DNA of 64,000 nt from Nitrospirota bacterium (GTDB taxonomy: Bacteria; Nitrospirota; Nitrospiria; Nitrospirales; Nitrospiraceae). The stretch lies in NCBI GenBank assembly GCA_963701855.1, contig CAVPBK010000006.1:992001-1056000 (forward strand), given 5' to 3'. Below, piece after piece: positions 55,211 through 64,000 of the stretch. The position numbers were made by a program, and so were the translations under genes. Position 1 is the first letter of the stretch; every line of letters starts with the position of its first letter. Below the pieces are notes generated by a model. The model ran no database searches and was not told the origin of the DNA. It worked only from the letters and a program-made list of their open reading frames with translations.

Positions 55211-56653
55211 ATGGCTTCTGGCTCTCGATCCTTATTCACCACACAAACCTCACCGTCGGCGCGTGCGATCGCCCTCTCCTTGCTAGTGGAGTCCGTCAAG
55301 AGCGAGGAAGGGGTCAATGTCTTGCTAGATCGCGCGCTCGCGCGATGCTCGTTCGACAGCAGGGAAAGAGCCCTCACGGTGGAACTCTCCTATGGCGTCT
55401 TGCGGCGGCTTGCGACCATTGATTGGCGGCTTGAACCCGTCATGGCAAAGCCGCTTCCTCGCCTTCCCATCGCGGTGCAGATGGTACTCAGGCTTGGCGC
55501 CTACCAACTCCTGTTTCTTGACCGTATTCCACAGTCTGCTGCAGTCAACGAATCAGTCAACCTGGCCAGAGCCTTTGCCGCCACAGTCGGCAGGGATTGG
55601 AGCGGGTTCGTCAATGCGGTATTGCGTGCGCTCCTGCGCCACCCGCCTCAACCCTGGCCTAGCATGGATCGTGATGCTGCACAGGCTCTCACCGTGCGGT
55701 ACTCGGTTCCAGGCTGGCTCAGCCGTCGATGGGTTGAACGTATGGGCTCGGCCTCTGCGGAGGCGGTCTGCGAAGGAGTCGGCGTCGCGCCTCCGCTGAC
55801 GCTTCGGGTGAACCAGTTGATCACGACCAGAAAAGCACTCCTCGAAACATTTGCACAGATAAATATTGCGGCCAAGCCGACCAGCGTGAGTCCATTCGGC
55901 ATTGTGCTTGAAGAAAGCAGCCTTGTACCCTCGCTCCCCGGGTTTAACGAAGGCGCTTTCTATGTGGAAGATGAAGCGGCCCAATTGATTCCCCCCCTGC
56001 TCGATCCTCAACCTGGTGACATTGTGCTTGATGCCTGCGCGGCTCCGGGAGGAAAATCGACTCATTTGGCCGATCTGATGCATAACAAGGGAACGATCTA
56101 CGCCGTCGATCGGAAAGGTGACCGTTTAGATCTCCTGGGAAGTAATTGTCGCCGACTCGGGGTCCGGATTGTCGTGCCGATTGTCGGCGATATTCGGCAG
56201 CCACGAGAATGGGCTCCCATGATCGAGACAACAGGATCTTCCTCCATGAAGAAAGCTAGAGTTGGCGAACCATCTACGGACCGGATTTTGGTGGACGCGC
56301 CCTGCAGCGGACTCGGTGTGTTACGGCGACATCCGGAAGCGAAGTGGCGGAAAAGCGAGCAGGCGCTCCCTCGGCATCAGACACTCCAGTGTCAGATTCT
56401 CGAAGCGGTTGCCCCATGCTTGCGGCCCGGCGGGGTGCTGGTCTATAGTACGTGCTCGACGGAACCGGAAGAAAACGAAGACGTCGTCCAGCGATTCTGT
56501 CTTGCTCATAGGGAATTCAAGCGTGAGTCCGTTGCCCCCTGGCTCCCGCCTGCGGCACGGGGGTTCGTCACAGAACAAGGTGCCCTCTCGACAGTGGGTA
56601 ACCAGTTCTCGATGGACGGATTTTATGCCGCACGACTGAGGAAGGTTTTCTGA
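55211..56653 (+). CDS. rsmB: 16S rRNA m5C967 methyltransferase RsmB/Sun
   Basis: NusB-like N-terminus, DACAAPGGK, DAPCSG, YSTCS. Confidence 0.95.
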   Translation: MASGSRSLFTTQTSPSARAIALSLLVESVKSEEGVNVLLDRALARCSFDSRERALTVELSYGVLRRLATIDWRLEPVMAKPLPRLPIAVQMVLRLGAYQLLFLDRIPQSAAVNESVNLARAFAATVGRDWSGFVNAVLRALLRHPPQPWPSMDRDAAQALTVRYSVPGWLSRRWVERMGSASAEAVCEGVGVAPPLTLRVNQLITTRKALLETFAQINIAAKPTSVSPFGIVLEESSLVPSLPGFNEGAFYVEDEAAQLIPPLLDPQPGDIVLDACAAPGGKSTHLADLMHNKGTIYAVDRKGDRLDLLGSNCRRLGVRIVVPIVGDIRQPREWAPMIETTGSSSMKKARVGEPSTDRILVDAPCSGLGVLRRHPEAKWRKSEQALPRHQTLQCQILEAVAPCLRPGGVLVYSTCSTEPEENEDVVQRFCLAHREFKRESVAPWLPPAARGFVTEQGALSTVGNQFSMDGFYAARLRKVF

Positions 56654-57354
56654 TGGCACGCCCCCTTTATATTGCGCCCTCGATCTTAGCTGCTGACTTT
56701 GCCAGGCTGGCCGAGGAAGTGGCAGCCGTAGAACGAGCGGGGGCCGATTTTCTCCATATCGATGTCATGGATGGGCATTTCGTCCCCAATTTGACCATCG
56801 GTCCGCCGATCGTGGCGGCGCTCAGAAAAGTCACCAAGCTGCCGCTCGATGTCCACCTCATGATCACCAACGCCGACGCATTTATCGCGGAGTTCGCCGA
56901 GGCTGGAGCTGACTATCTCACCGTTCATGTGGAAGCCTGTCCGCATCTCCATCGCACGGTGCAATCGATCAAGGAACACGGCGTCAAAGCCGGGGTGACT
57001 TTGAATCCAGCCACCTCGCTCAGTACGATCGAGGAGATCCTCCCAGACGTCGACTTAGTTCTCATCATGTCGGTCAATCCTGGCTTCGGCGGTCAAACAT
57101 TTATCCCATCCTGCCTGCAAAAGACTGCCTCGGCTCGTGCCATGATTGATCGGACAAGAAGCCGCGCGTTGCTCGAAGTGGACGGCGGCGTCAAGATCGA
57201 CAATGTGGCTCAGGTGCTGGCTGCAGGAGCCGATGTCTTGGTGGCCGGGTCGGCCATTTTCTCTAGTCGGGACTATGCCGCGACGATCGCTGCGATGCGC
57301 GCAGCCGGCAATTCTTCTTCCACGACGCCGCAGCGCGTCTCCGCTCACCGATAG
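56653..57354 (+). CDS. rpe: Ribulose-phosphate 3-epimerase
   Basis: APSILAADF, HIDVMDGHFVPN, MSVNPGFGGQ. Confidence 0.98.
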   Translation: MARPLYIAPSILAADFARLAEEVAAVERAGADFLHIDVMDGHFVPNLTIGPPIVAALRKVTKLPLDVHLMITNADAFIAEFAEAGADYLTVHVEACPHLHRTVQSIKEHGVKAGVTLNPATSLSTIEEILPDVDLVLIMSVNPGFGGQTFIPSCLQKTASARAMIDRTRSRALLEVDGGVKIDNVAQVLAAGADVLVAGSAIFSSRDYAATIAAMRAAGNSSSTTPQRVSAHR

Positions 57355-57363
57355 GCCTCGAGG

Positions 57364-58926
57364 GTGGACATATCTACCCTCATCGATAGCCTCCATCCTC
57401 TCGAAGTCAAAGTCCTGTCGACCTTTGGGGCAAATCCCTCCGCGGTCCTCCAAACGGAACAGCTTGCGCAGTCCACCAGGTTAGAGCCTTCGCAGCTCAG
57501 TATGGCGGTCGAATGGTTGCTCGCCAAGTCGCTGCTCATGGTCGATACGGAAACCGTAACGCCGATTGTCTCGCTCACCAAAATCGGCGAACTCTACTTC
57601 GAAAAATACTCACCGATCGAACGGGTACTCTCTGCCGCTCGAGATGCGGCCAAAACGGGCAAGCGCCTGACCATTCAGGACATTCAATCCCGAGAGGGAC
57701 TCGAACCGGCGGAAGTGAGCGGTGCGATCGGACGACTCAAGAAGGAGGGCGCGCTCCTCATCATTCAAGGCGGCTGTATCGAGTCAACCGGTCGACCGAG
57801 CCAGACGGCGGAAGCGATACGAGGATTGCTGCAACAGCTTCATGGGGCGCCTCGTGGGCTACAGGCATTCCCCGAGGCGCAACGGCAGGTCCTTCAAGAT
57901 CACGCCGTCAAGCGCGGGAATGCACGGGAGCCTTTTCGCATTGATGACCGGGTGGCTAGAGCGCTCAAGCTTTCCGTAACCGGTATCGAGGCCGCCCAGC
58001 AGCTCTCCCGGCAAGGGACAGCGGAAGAGGTCTCCCAACTGACGCCTGAACTACTGAAAGACGGGAGCTGGCGGTCAAAGCGCTTCCGTAAGTACACGAT
58101 CAGTCTCCGCGCGCCACGGATTGCGCCGGGCAAACGGCATCCCTATCGCGAATTTCTCGATGCGGTGAAAACAAAACTCGTGAGCATGGGATTCCAGGAA
58201 ATGCGTGGCGCGCTCGTGGAGACCGAGTTCTGGAACATGGATGCCCTCTTCATGCCACAGTTCCATCCGGCGCGCGATATCCATGACGTCTACTTCGTCA
58301 AGGAACCGACCAATGCCTCGTCGATTGAAGAACCGTTCTTGTCCCGGGTCGCACAAGCCCACCAGGATGGCGGTGAAACCGGTTCAACCGGGTGGGACTA
58401 TCCTTTCAATGCGGAGCGCGCGCGACGACTAGTCTTGCGAAGCCAGGGGACAGCCGTCTCGGCCCATACCTTGGCGGCACAACCTGCCGTACCGGGAAAG
58501 TATTTTTCCATCGCCCGTTGTTTCCGTTATGATCAAGTAGATGCGACGCACGCAACCGATTTCTTCCAGGTAGAAGGGATTGTGCTCGGCGAAGACATCA
58601 ACTTTCGCACGTTGCTCGGCCTGCTAAATCTCTTTGCCCGTGAAGTGGCACAAGCCAAGGAAGTCAAATTTCTCCCAGCCTATTTTCCTTTCACCGAACC
58701 GTCTGTCGAGCTGCATGTGCGCCATCCGAAGCTCGGATGGATGGAACTTGGTGGAGCAGGATTGTTCCGACCGGAGGTCACCCTTCCGCTGGGCGTGACC
58801 GTTCCGGTAATCGCATGGGGACTGGGGCTCGATCGCATGGCAATGGTGGCGCTCGGCATTCACGATATTCGTGAATTGTTCACCGACAATCTTGATCTGA
58901 TTCGATCCACCAGAGGGGCCTACTAG
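57364..58926 (+). CDS. pheS: Phenylalanine-tRNA ligase alpha subunit, archaeal/eukaryotic type
   Basis: 520 aa, long N-terminal extension, LTPELLKDGSW, FWNMDALFMPQFHPARD, YFPFTEPS. Confidence 0.93.
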   Translation: MDISTLIDSLHPLEVKVLSTFGANPSAVLQTEQLAQSTRLEPSQLSMAVEWLLAKSLLMVDTETVTPIVSLTKIGELYFEKYSPIERVLSAARDAAKTGKRLTIQDIQSREGLEPAEVSGAIGRLKKEGALLIIQGGCIESTGRPSQTAEAIRGLLQQLHGAPRGLQAFPEAQRQVLQDHAVKRGNAREPFRIDDRVARALKLSVTGIEAAQQLSRQGTAEEVSQLTPELLKDGSWRSKRFRKYTISLRAPRIAPGKRHPYREFLDAVKTKLVSMGFQEMRGALVETEFWNMDALFMPQFHPARDIHDVYFVKEPTNASSIEEPFLSRVAQAHQDGGETGSTGWDYPFNAERARRLVLRSQGTAVSAHTLAAQPAVPGKYFSIARCFRYDQVDATHATDFFQVEGIVLGEDINFRTLLGLLNLFAREVAQAKEVKFLPAYFPFTEPSVELHVRHPKLGWMELGGAGLFRPEVTLPLGVTVPVIAWGLGLDRMAMVALGIHDIRELFTDNLDLIRSTRGAY

Positions 58927-58933
58927 GTTTTCC

Positions 58934-60652
58934 ATGCCCACGATTACTATTTTCAAACAGGATCTCGAGGGATTGCTCGCAGCGCCAGGAGAGGCTCCCC
59001 AACCGATCACCATGGAGCAACTTGAAGAATCGTTGATGCTCGTGAAGGGTGAATTGAAAGGGCAGAATCCCGACACCGGCGAACTGCGAATTGAGTTGCA
59101 AGATAGCAATCGCCCCGATCTCTGGTGCTGCGAAGGAATCGCACGGCAACTTCGGATAAAGCGGCTGGGCGTTCTCGCGAAGTACGATTTTCTCACGGCC
59201 AAATCGAAGTCGACAAAGCGCTTGAACGTGGTTCCCGGCTTGGAGAAGGTCAGACCCTACGTGGCGGCCTGCACTGCGACTGGCTACCTCGTCACCCAGG
59301 AGGCCCTCACGCAGTTGATCCAGACGCAAGAGAAACTCGCCGAGATGTTCGGCCGTAAACGCCGGACCGTGTCGATCGGACTCTATCGGCTCGCAGCAAT
59401 CGAGTTTCCTGTTACCTATGATTTGGTAAAACCGGACGAGGCTTCATTCACACCGCTGGGTATGGATACGGCGATGACGCTTGGAGAGATGCTGCTCGTC
59501 CATCCCAAGGGTCTGGAGTTCGGCGGGATTCTCGCAGGACATGATCGTCTGCCCTTCCTGTGCGATGCAAAGCGTCAGGCTCTCTCCTTCCCACCGATTA
59601 TCAATAGCCGCGAAGCCGGAGAAGTGAGGGTGGGAGACGATGCTCTCTTCGTCGAGGTGACGGGCACCGATCTCTCGATGGTCATCTTAACCCTCAACAT
59701 TTTTTCAGCTAATCTAGCGGATCGTGGTGCGGTTATTGAACCGATCGAAGTACGGTATCCCTATAAGACTGCGCTCGGCATGGGGGTCACGACCCCACAA
59801 GATCTTGAGAAATCACGAAAGCTTCCCGTCGGTACGATCGAACAGGCCCTTGGGCAGGCGCTCGGCGCCAAGGAAGTCGCGAAAGCTCTAACGGCCTACG
59901 GCTATGAGGTGGTGACGAAAGGTAAAAACGTGACGGTGACGCTTCCATTCTATCGGCAAGACCTCATGCACGCGATGGACGTGGTCGAAGACGTCGCGAT
60001 CAGCCGTGGGTACGGAGACTTTTTACCGGTAATGCCCTCGCAGTTCACAGTTGGTGGATTGTCGCGCATCGAGGAGGTCTGCGACCGTGTGAGGGCTCTC
60101 ATGGTCGGTATGGGTTTCCAAGAAATCATTTCCAATATTCTCGGTTCGCCCAAGGACCTCCGCGATGCGATGCGGCTGGAAGGGACCGAGTGGGGGCAAC
60201 TTGTCGAGGTGGAGAATGTGATGTCTCAGAACTTTTCCGCACTTCGCCAATGGATGCTTCCATCGTTGCTTCGCGTAGAAGCTGCATCGAATCGGGCCTT
60301 TTATCCCCATCGGATGTTCGAGGCCGGCGAAGTGGCACGTCACGACCTCACGCAGCCCCTAGGGTCACGCACCGTGACAGTGCTCGGCGGGATGATCGCC
60401 CATGCCGATGCACATTTCTCCGAGGCCCACTCCTGTCTGGACACACTGTTCTATTACGTGAACCAAGCCTATAGCCTGGAGCCGATCCAGCATCCTTCGT
60501 TTCTCGCCGGACGAGTAGGTGGTATTGTGTCTGAGGGGAAACAGATTGGTGTGATTGGAGAACTGCACCCAGAAGTGCTCGAACACTGGCAGATTAGTGT
60601 TCCGGCTGTCGCGTTTGAAATCGATCTGACGGAACTAGCCGAACGGTCTTGA
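58934..60652 (+). CDS. pheT: Phenylalanine-tRNA ligase beta subunit, archaeal/eukaryotic type
   Basis: 572 aa, MPTI start, NRPDLW, SFPPIINS, ends at GELHPEVL..FEIDL with no B2 or B8 domains. Confidence 0.93.
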   Translation: MPTITIFKQDLEGLLAAPGEAPQPITMEQLEESLMLVKGELKGQNPDTGELRIELQDSNRPDLWCCEGIARQLRIKRLGVLAKYDFLTAKSKSTKRLNVVPGLEKVRPYVAACTATGYLVTQEALTQLIQTQEKLAEMFGRKRRTVSIGLYRLAAIEFPVTYDLVKPDEASFTPLGMDTAMTLGEMLLVHPKGLEFGGILAGHDRLPFLCDAKRQALSFPPIINSREAGEVRVGDDALFVEVTGTDLSMVILTLNIFSANLADRGAVIEPIEVRYPYKTALGMGVTTPQDLEKSRKLPVGTIEQALGQALGAKEVAKALTAYGYEVVTKGKNVTVTLPFYRQDLMHAMDVVEDVAISRGYGDFLPVMPSQFTVGGLSRIEEVCDRVRALMVGMGFQEIISNILGSPKDLRDAMRLEGTEWGQLVEVENVMSQNFSALRQWMLPSLLRVEAASNRAFYPHRMFEAGEVARHDLTQPLGSRTVTVLGGMIAHADAHFSEAHSCLDTLFYYVNQAYSLEPIQHPSFLAGRVGGIVSEGKQIGVIGELHPEVLEHWQISVPAVAFEIDLTELAERS

Positions 60653-60737
60653 GGCATACGCTCGTCGGCGCACACCTCAAGACTTACGTCCTGTCCAAGC
60701 CAGTGTTACGAAGGACATTCTCGATAGGCGACTGCGC

Positions 60738-61106
60738 TTAGGCGACAGCCGGAGCGAGGTGCTGCTTGGCGAGACCGACCAGCTGCTCAAATCCCGTTGC
60801 ATCCTTGATCGCCATATCCGATAGAACCTTCCGGTCCAAGAGGATATTCGCTTTCTTCAGGGCGTTGATAAACCGGCCATAGGTCAGTCCATGTGCCCGA
60901 ACCGCCGCGTTGATGCGCGCAATCCACAACACGCGAAAATCCCGTTTCCTATTCTTCCGTCCTGTATAGGCGTAGGCCTGACCTTTATCGACCGATTCTG
61001 TTGCAGTGCGGAACAGCCGGCTCTTTCCTCCATACTGCCCTTTAGCCAGTTTCAGCCGCTTTTTCCGTCTATGTCTTGTTTTGGGACCACCTTTTGCGCG
61101 AGGCAT
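60738..61106 (-). CDS. rplT: 50S ribosomal protein L20
   Basis: [19 protein letters not shown]. Confidence 0.98.
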   Translation of the reverse strand: MPRAKGGPKTRHRRKKRLKLAKGQYGGKSRLFRTATESVDKGQAYAYTGRKNRKRDFRVLWIARINAAVRAHGLTYGRFINALKKANILLDRKVLSDMAIKDATGFEQLVGLAKQHLAPAVA

Positions 61107-61149
61107 GAATCAGTACTCCTTTTGGTTAACGCGATTGGGGCATTCTAAT

Positions 61150-61353
61150 TTAATTGTAGGGCAATAAGCGATCCAGCGCCTGGGTCTTGGTCTTATCCAC
61201 GAGAACCGTTCCGCTTAATCGGCGCTTCCGATCCTGCGTCTTGCTGGTGAGAATGTGGCGTTTCCCCGCCTTTCGCCTGACCAATTTTCCAGAGCCGGTG
61301 CGGGTAAACCGCTTTTTTGCGCCGCTATGGGTTTTCATTTTCCTATTCTTCAT
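61150..61353 (-). CDS. rpmI: 50S ribosomal protein L35
   Basis: KMKTHSGAKKRF. Confidence 0.97.
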   Translation of the reverse strand: MKNRKMKTHSGAKKRFTRTGSGKLVRRKAGKRHILTSKTQDRKRRLSGTVLVDKTKTQALDRLLPYN

Positions 61354-61394
61354 ATCAGTGCTTCCTTAGGTTAATACCGTTCTGTCCGATTGTG

Positions 61395-61901
61395 TTACTT
61401 CGGCGCCACGATCATGATCAAGCTCCGCCCTTCCATGCGAGGGGCGTACTCGATCGTGCCTGTCTCTCCCAACTCTGCGATGACCGTATTCATGAGCGTT
61501 CGACCCATCTCCTGATTCGCCATCTCACGACCGCGGTACGTCAAGAGGACTTTGGTCTTGTTACCATCGGCCAAAAATCCCTTGATCTGTCGAATCTTGA
61601 TCTCCAAGTCATGCTTATCCGTCCGAGGGCGCAACTTAATTTCCTTCACCTGCGTCGACTTTTGATGGCGCCGGTTTTGATGGTCCTTCTTACTCAGCTC
61701 GAACTTGTATTTCCCGTAGTCCATAATGCGGCACACGGGAGGCACCGACGTGGGCGCGACCTCTACAAGGTCGTAGCCACCTTCTTGCGCCTGTTTGAAC
61801 GCATCCGCCGTGAGGAGAATGCCTAGCTGCTCGCTCTCCGGACCGATCACCCGGACTTCACGCACCCTGATTTCGCGGTTAACTCTTAGTTTGGGGACGA
61901 T
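61395..61901 (-). CDS. infC: Translation initiation factor IF-3, probable non-canonical ATC start
   Basis: NREIR..EVRVI, DLVEVAP, MDYGKYKF; frame extends to ATC 61901 after a GAGGTG RBS. Confidence 0.93.
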   Translation of the reverse strand: MVPKLRVNREIRVREVRVIGPESEQLGILLTADAFKQAQEGGYDLVEVAPTSVPPVCRIMDYGKYKFELSKKDHQNRRHQKSTQVKEIKLRPRTDKHDLEIKIRQIKGFLADGNKTKVLLTYRGREMANQEMGRTLMNTVIAELGETGTIEYAPRMEGRSLIMIVAPK

Positions 61902-61913
61902 AAGACACCTCTT

Positions 61914-63854
61914 TTATTGTGTCAGTGAATGTTGCTGTTTTGCTGGCTTGAGGTCCGCACGGAGCAGGTCGAGCGCGCCTGCGACGGTCATACTGCCGAG
62001 ATTGGCTCCGCTCCGACCCCGTATGGCCAGAGTCCCACTCTGCACTTCTCGGTCTCCAACCACAAACATAAAGGGAACTTTCGCCTTCTCCGCTTCTCGA
62101 ATTTTGAGTCCAATTTTTTCATTCCGAAGGTCTGCCTCAGCACGGAACCCCGCAGCTTTTAGTTGGGTCACAACCTCGGCCACATAGGGCCGCTGGTTGT
62201 CTGTAATGGACATGACCGTTGCCTGAACCGGGGCGAGCCAGGTCGGGAAGGCGCCGCCAAAGTGCTCAATCAGAATGCCGAAGAACCGTTCGATCGATCC
62301 CATCAGGGCCCGATGGATCATGATCGGCTGGTGAACTTTGCCGTCTTCCCCAATGTAGCCTAATTCGAACCGCTCGGGATTATTGAAATCGACTTGAATG
62401 GTGGAGCATTGCCAGGATCGTCCCAGGGCATCTTTGATCTTGATGTCGATCTTGGGTCCGTAGAAGACGCCTTCGCCCGGATCGATCTGGTAAGCAACTC
62501 CTCGCCCTTTCAATGCTGCTTCGAGCGCGCTCGTGGCTTGAGCCCATCGTTCTTCCGAACCGACAGACTTTTCGGGCTTCGTCGAGAGGTACACTTCAAA
62601 CTCGGTGAACCCGAAGGTGCTGAGAATAAAGAACGTGAAGTCCAGAACCTTGCTGACTTCGCTTTCAATCTGATCCGGCCGGCAAAATAGGTGCGCGTCG
62701 TCCTGTGTGAAGCCGCGAACCCTCAGCAGACCGTGGAGGACGCCTGTCCGTTCGTACCGGTAGACAGTTCCCAGTTCGCCATAACGGATCGGAAGGTCTC
62801 GGTAACTCCGCAAATGTGACTTATAGATCATGATGTGGAACGGACAATTCATCGGCTTGAGCTGGTACTCGCTGTTTTCAACCTTCATTGGAGCGAACAT
62901 GTTGTCGCGGTAATAGTCAACGTGGCCGCTAGTTTTCCAGAGGTCTAACCGGGCGATGTGAGGGGAATACACCAGTTCGTACCCGTTTTGAATGTGCTGA
63001 TCGCGCCAAAAGTTCTCAATCAACAGCCGGATCGTCGCGCCCTTTGGATGCCAGAGCACCAGGCCGGGGCCGATGTCATCTTGGGTTGAGATCAAGTCGA
63101 GTTCCTTGCCGACCTTGCGGTGGTCTCGTCGCTTGATCTCTTCTAGGCGCGCGAGATGCGCATCGAGTTCAGCCTGGGTGGGGAAGGACGTCCCATAGAT
63201 TCGCTGCAGCATGGGATTGCGTTCGTCGCCGCGCCAATACGCTCCAGCCGTGTTCAGAAGCTTGAAGGCCCCGACATGACCCGTCGTCGGTAGATGCGGG
63301 CCGCGGCAGAGGTCGGTGAACTCACCCTGGCTGTAGACTGAGATGGTCTGCCCATCTGCTAGTCCTTGAATCAACTCAACTTTGTAGGCTTCCCCTCGTT
63401 CATGGAAAAACTTCACCGCGTCCTGCTTCGACAGTTCTGCTCGCATTACAGGAAGGGAGCGCTTGACGATATCTTTCGCTCGCGCTTCGATTTTTTCGAG
63501 ATCTTCAGGGGTAAATGGTCGCTCAAAGGCAAAGTCATAGAAGAACCCATCGTCAAGAGCCGGGCCGATCGTCAGTTGTGCGGTGGGAAAGACCTCTTTG
63601 ACAGCCTGTGCCATAATATGAGTACTGCTATGGCGATAGACCTCACGGCCTTCGGCACTATCGAATCGCAGTGGAAGTACCTCGGCATCTTCCGTCAAGG
63701 CGCTCGAGAGATCGACGGTTTGCCCATTCACCTTGGCTGCAAGGATATCCTGGCCAAGCGTCAGACCAAAAGCCGACAGAGCAGACCCAACGGTCTGGCC
63801 AGCTGGGATGTCCCGACTACTGCCATTATTGAGCGTAATTTTCATGACATGCAC
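61914..63854 (-). CDS. thrS: Threonine-tRNA ligase
   Basis: TGS domain, DLCRGPH, RDHRK, KPMNCP, FYGPKID. Confidence 0.98.
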   Translation of the reverse strand: MHVMKITLNNGSSRDIPAGQTVGSALSAFGLTLGQDILAAKVNGQTVDLSSALTEDAEVLPLRFDSAEGREVYRHSSTHIMAQAVKEVFPTAQLTIGPALDDGFFYDFAFERPFTPEDLEKIEARAKDIVKRSLPVMRAELSKQDAVKFFHERGEAYKVELIQGLADGQTISVYSQGEFTDLCRGPHLPTTGHVGAFKLLNTAGAYWRGDERNPMLQRIYGTSFPTQAELDAHLARLEEIKRRDHRKVGKELDLISTQDDIGPGLVLWHPKGATIRLLIENFWRDQHIQNGYELVYSPHIARLDLWKTSGHVDYYRDNMFAPMKVENSEYQLKPMNCPFHIMIYKSHLRSYRDLPIRYGELGTVYRYERTGVLHGLLRVRGFTQDDAHLFCRPDQIESEVSKVLDFTFFILSTFGFTEFEVYLSTKPEKSVGSEERWAQATSALEAALKGRGVAYQIDPGEGVFYGPKIDIKIKDALGRSWQCSTIQVDFNNPERFELGYIGEDGKVHQPIMIHRALMGSIERFFGILIEHFGGAFPTWLAPVQATVMSITDNQRPYVAEVVTQLKAAGFRAEADLRNEKIGLKIREAEKAKVPFMFVVGDREVQSGTLAIRGRSGANLGSMTVAGALDLLRADLKPAKQQHSLTQ

Positions 63855-63872
63855 TCAATCGACCAAGGACAA

Positions 63873-63904
63873 AACACAACAAAGGCCTCTCGCCTGCGAG
63901 AGGC
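63873..63904 (-). terminator. Hairpin between tRNA-Val and thrS (terminator or regulatory)
   Basis: 8-bp stem GCCTCTCG/CGAGAGGC followed by a T-rich run on the minus strand. Confidence 0.5.
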
Positions 63905-63924
63905 AAACGGATACCTCAGCTAGG

Positions 63925-63999
63925 TGGTAGGCGCGGACGGTCTTGAACCGTCGACCTCTACCGTGTCAAGGTAGCGCTCTCCCCCTGAGCTACGCGCCT
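63925..63999 (-). tRNA. tRNA-Val (GAC)
   Basis: 75-nt cloverleaf, anticodon GAC, encoded CCA. Confidence 0.96.
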
Positions 64000-64000
64000 A

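Overview
Bacterial chromosomal window, most likely a Nitrospira (inferred from gene order, archaeal-type PheRS and repeat style; not verified by search). 1-11 kb is origin-proximal core: mnmG(3' part)-rsmG-parA-parB with two perfect parS sites, two bactofilins, mnmA, and an F1-only ATP synthase operon atpH-atpA-[atpG]-atpD-atpC. In that operon atpG survives only as a ~240 bp internally deleted, frameshifted relic. 11-28 kb holds an intact IS630 and housekeeping/envelope genes (rluD, znuABC-like, anmK, cpoB-like, REC-GGDEF, PilZ, lytic transglycosylase), several with sigma54-type promoters. 28.2-54.0 kb is a decayed mosaic island integrated at the 3' end of tRNA-fMet. It has a duplicated tRNA 3' end, two copies of a putative displaced integrase tail and no intact integrase. 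Its cargo includes a protease, an SQR-like enzyme, a Spy/ECF/anti-sigma/MdtABC module, DUF2252, a c-type heme protein and many IS remnants. 54-64 kb is core translation genes: fmt-rsmB-rpe plus archaeal-type pheS/pheT converging on thrS-infC-rpmI-rplT, and tRNA-Val.
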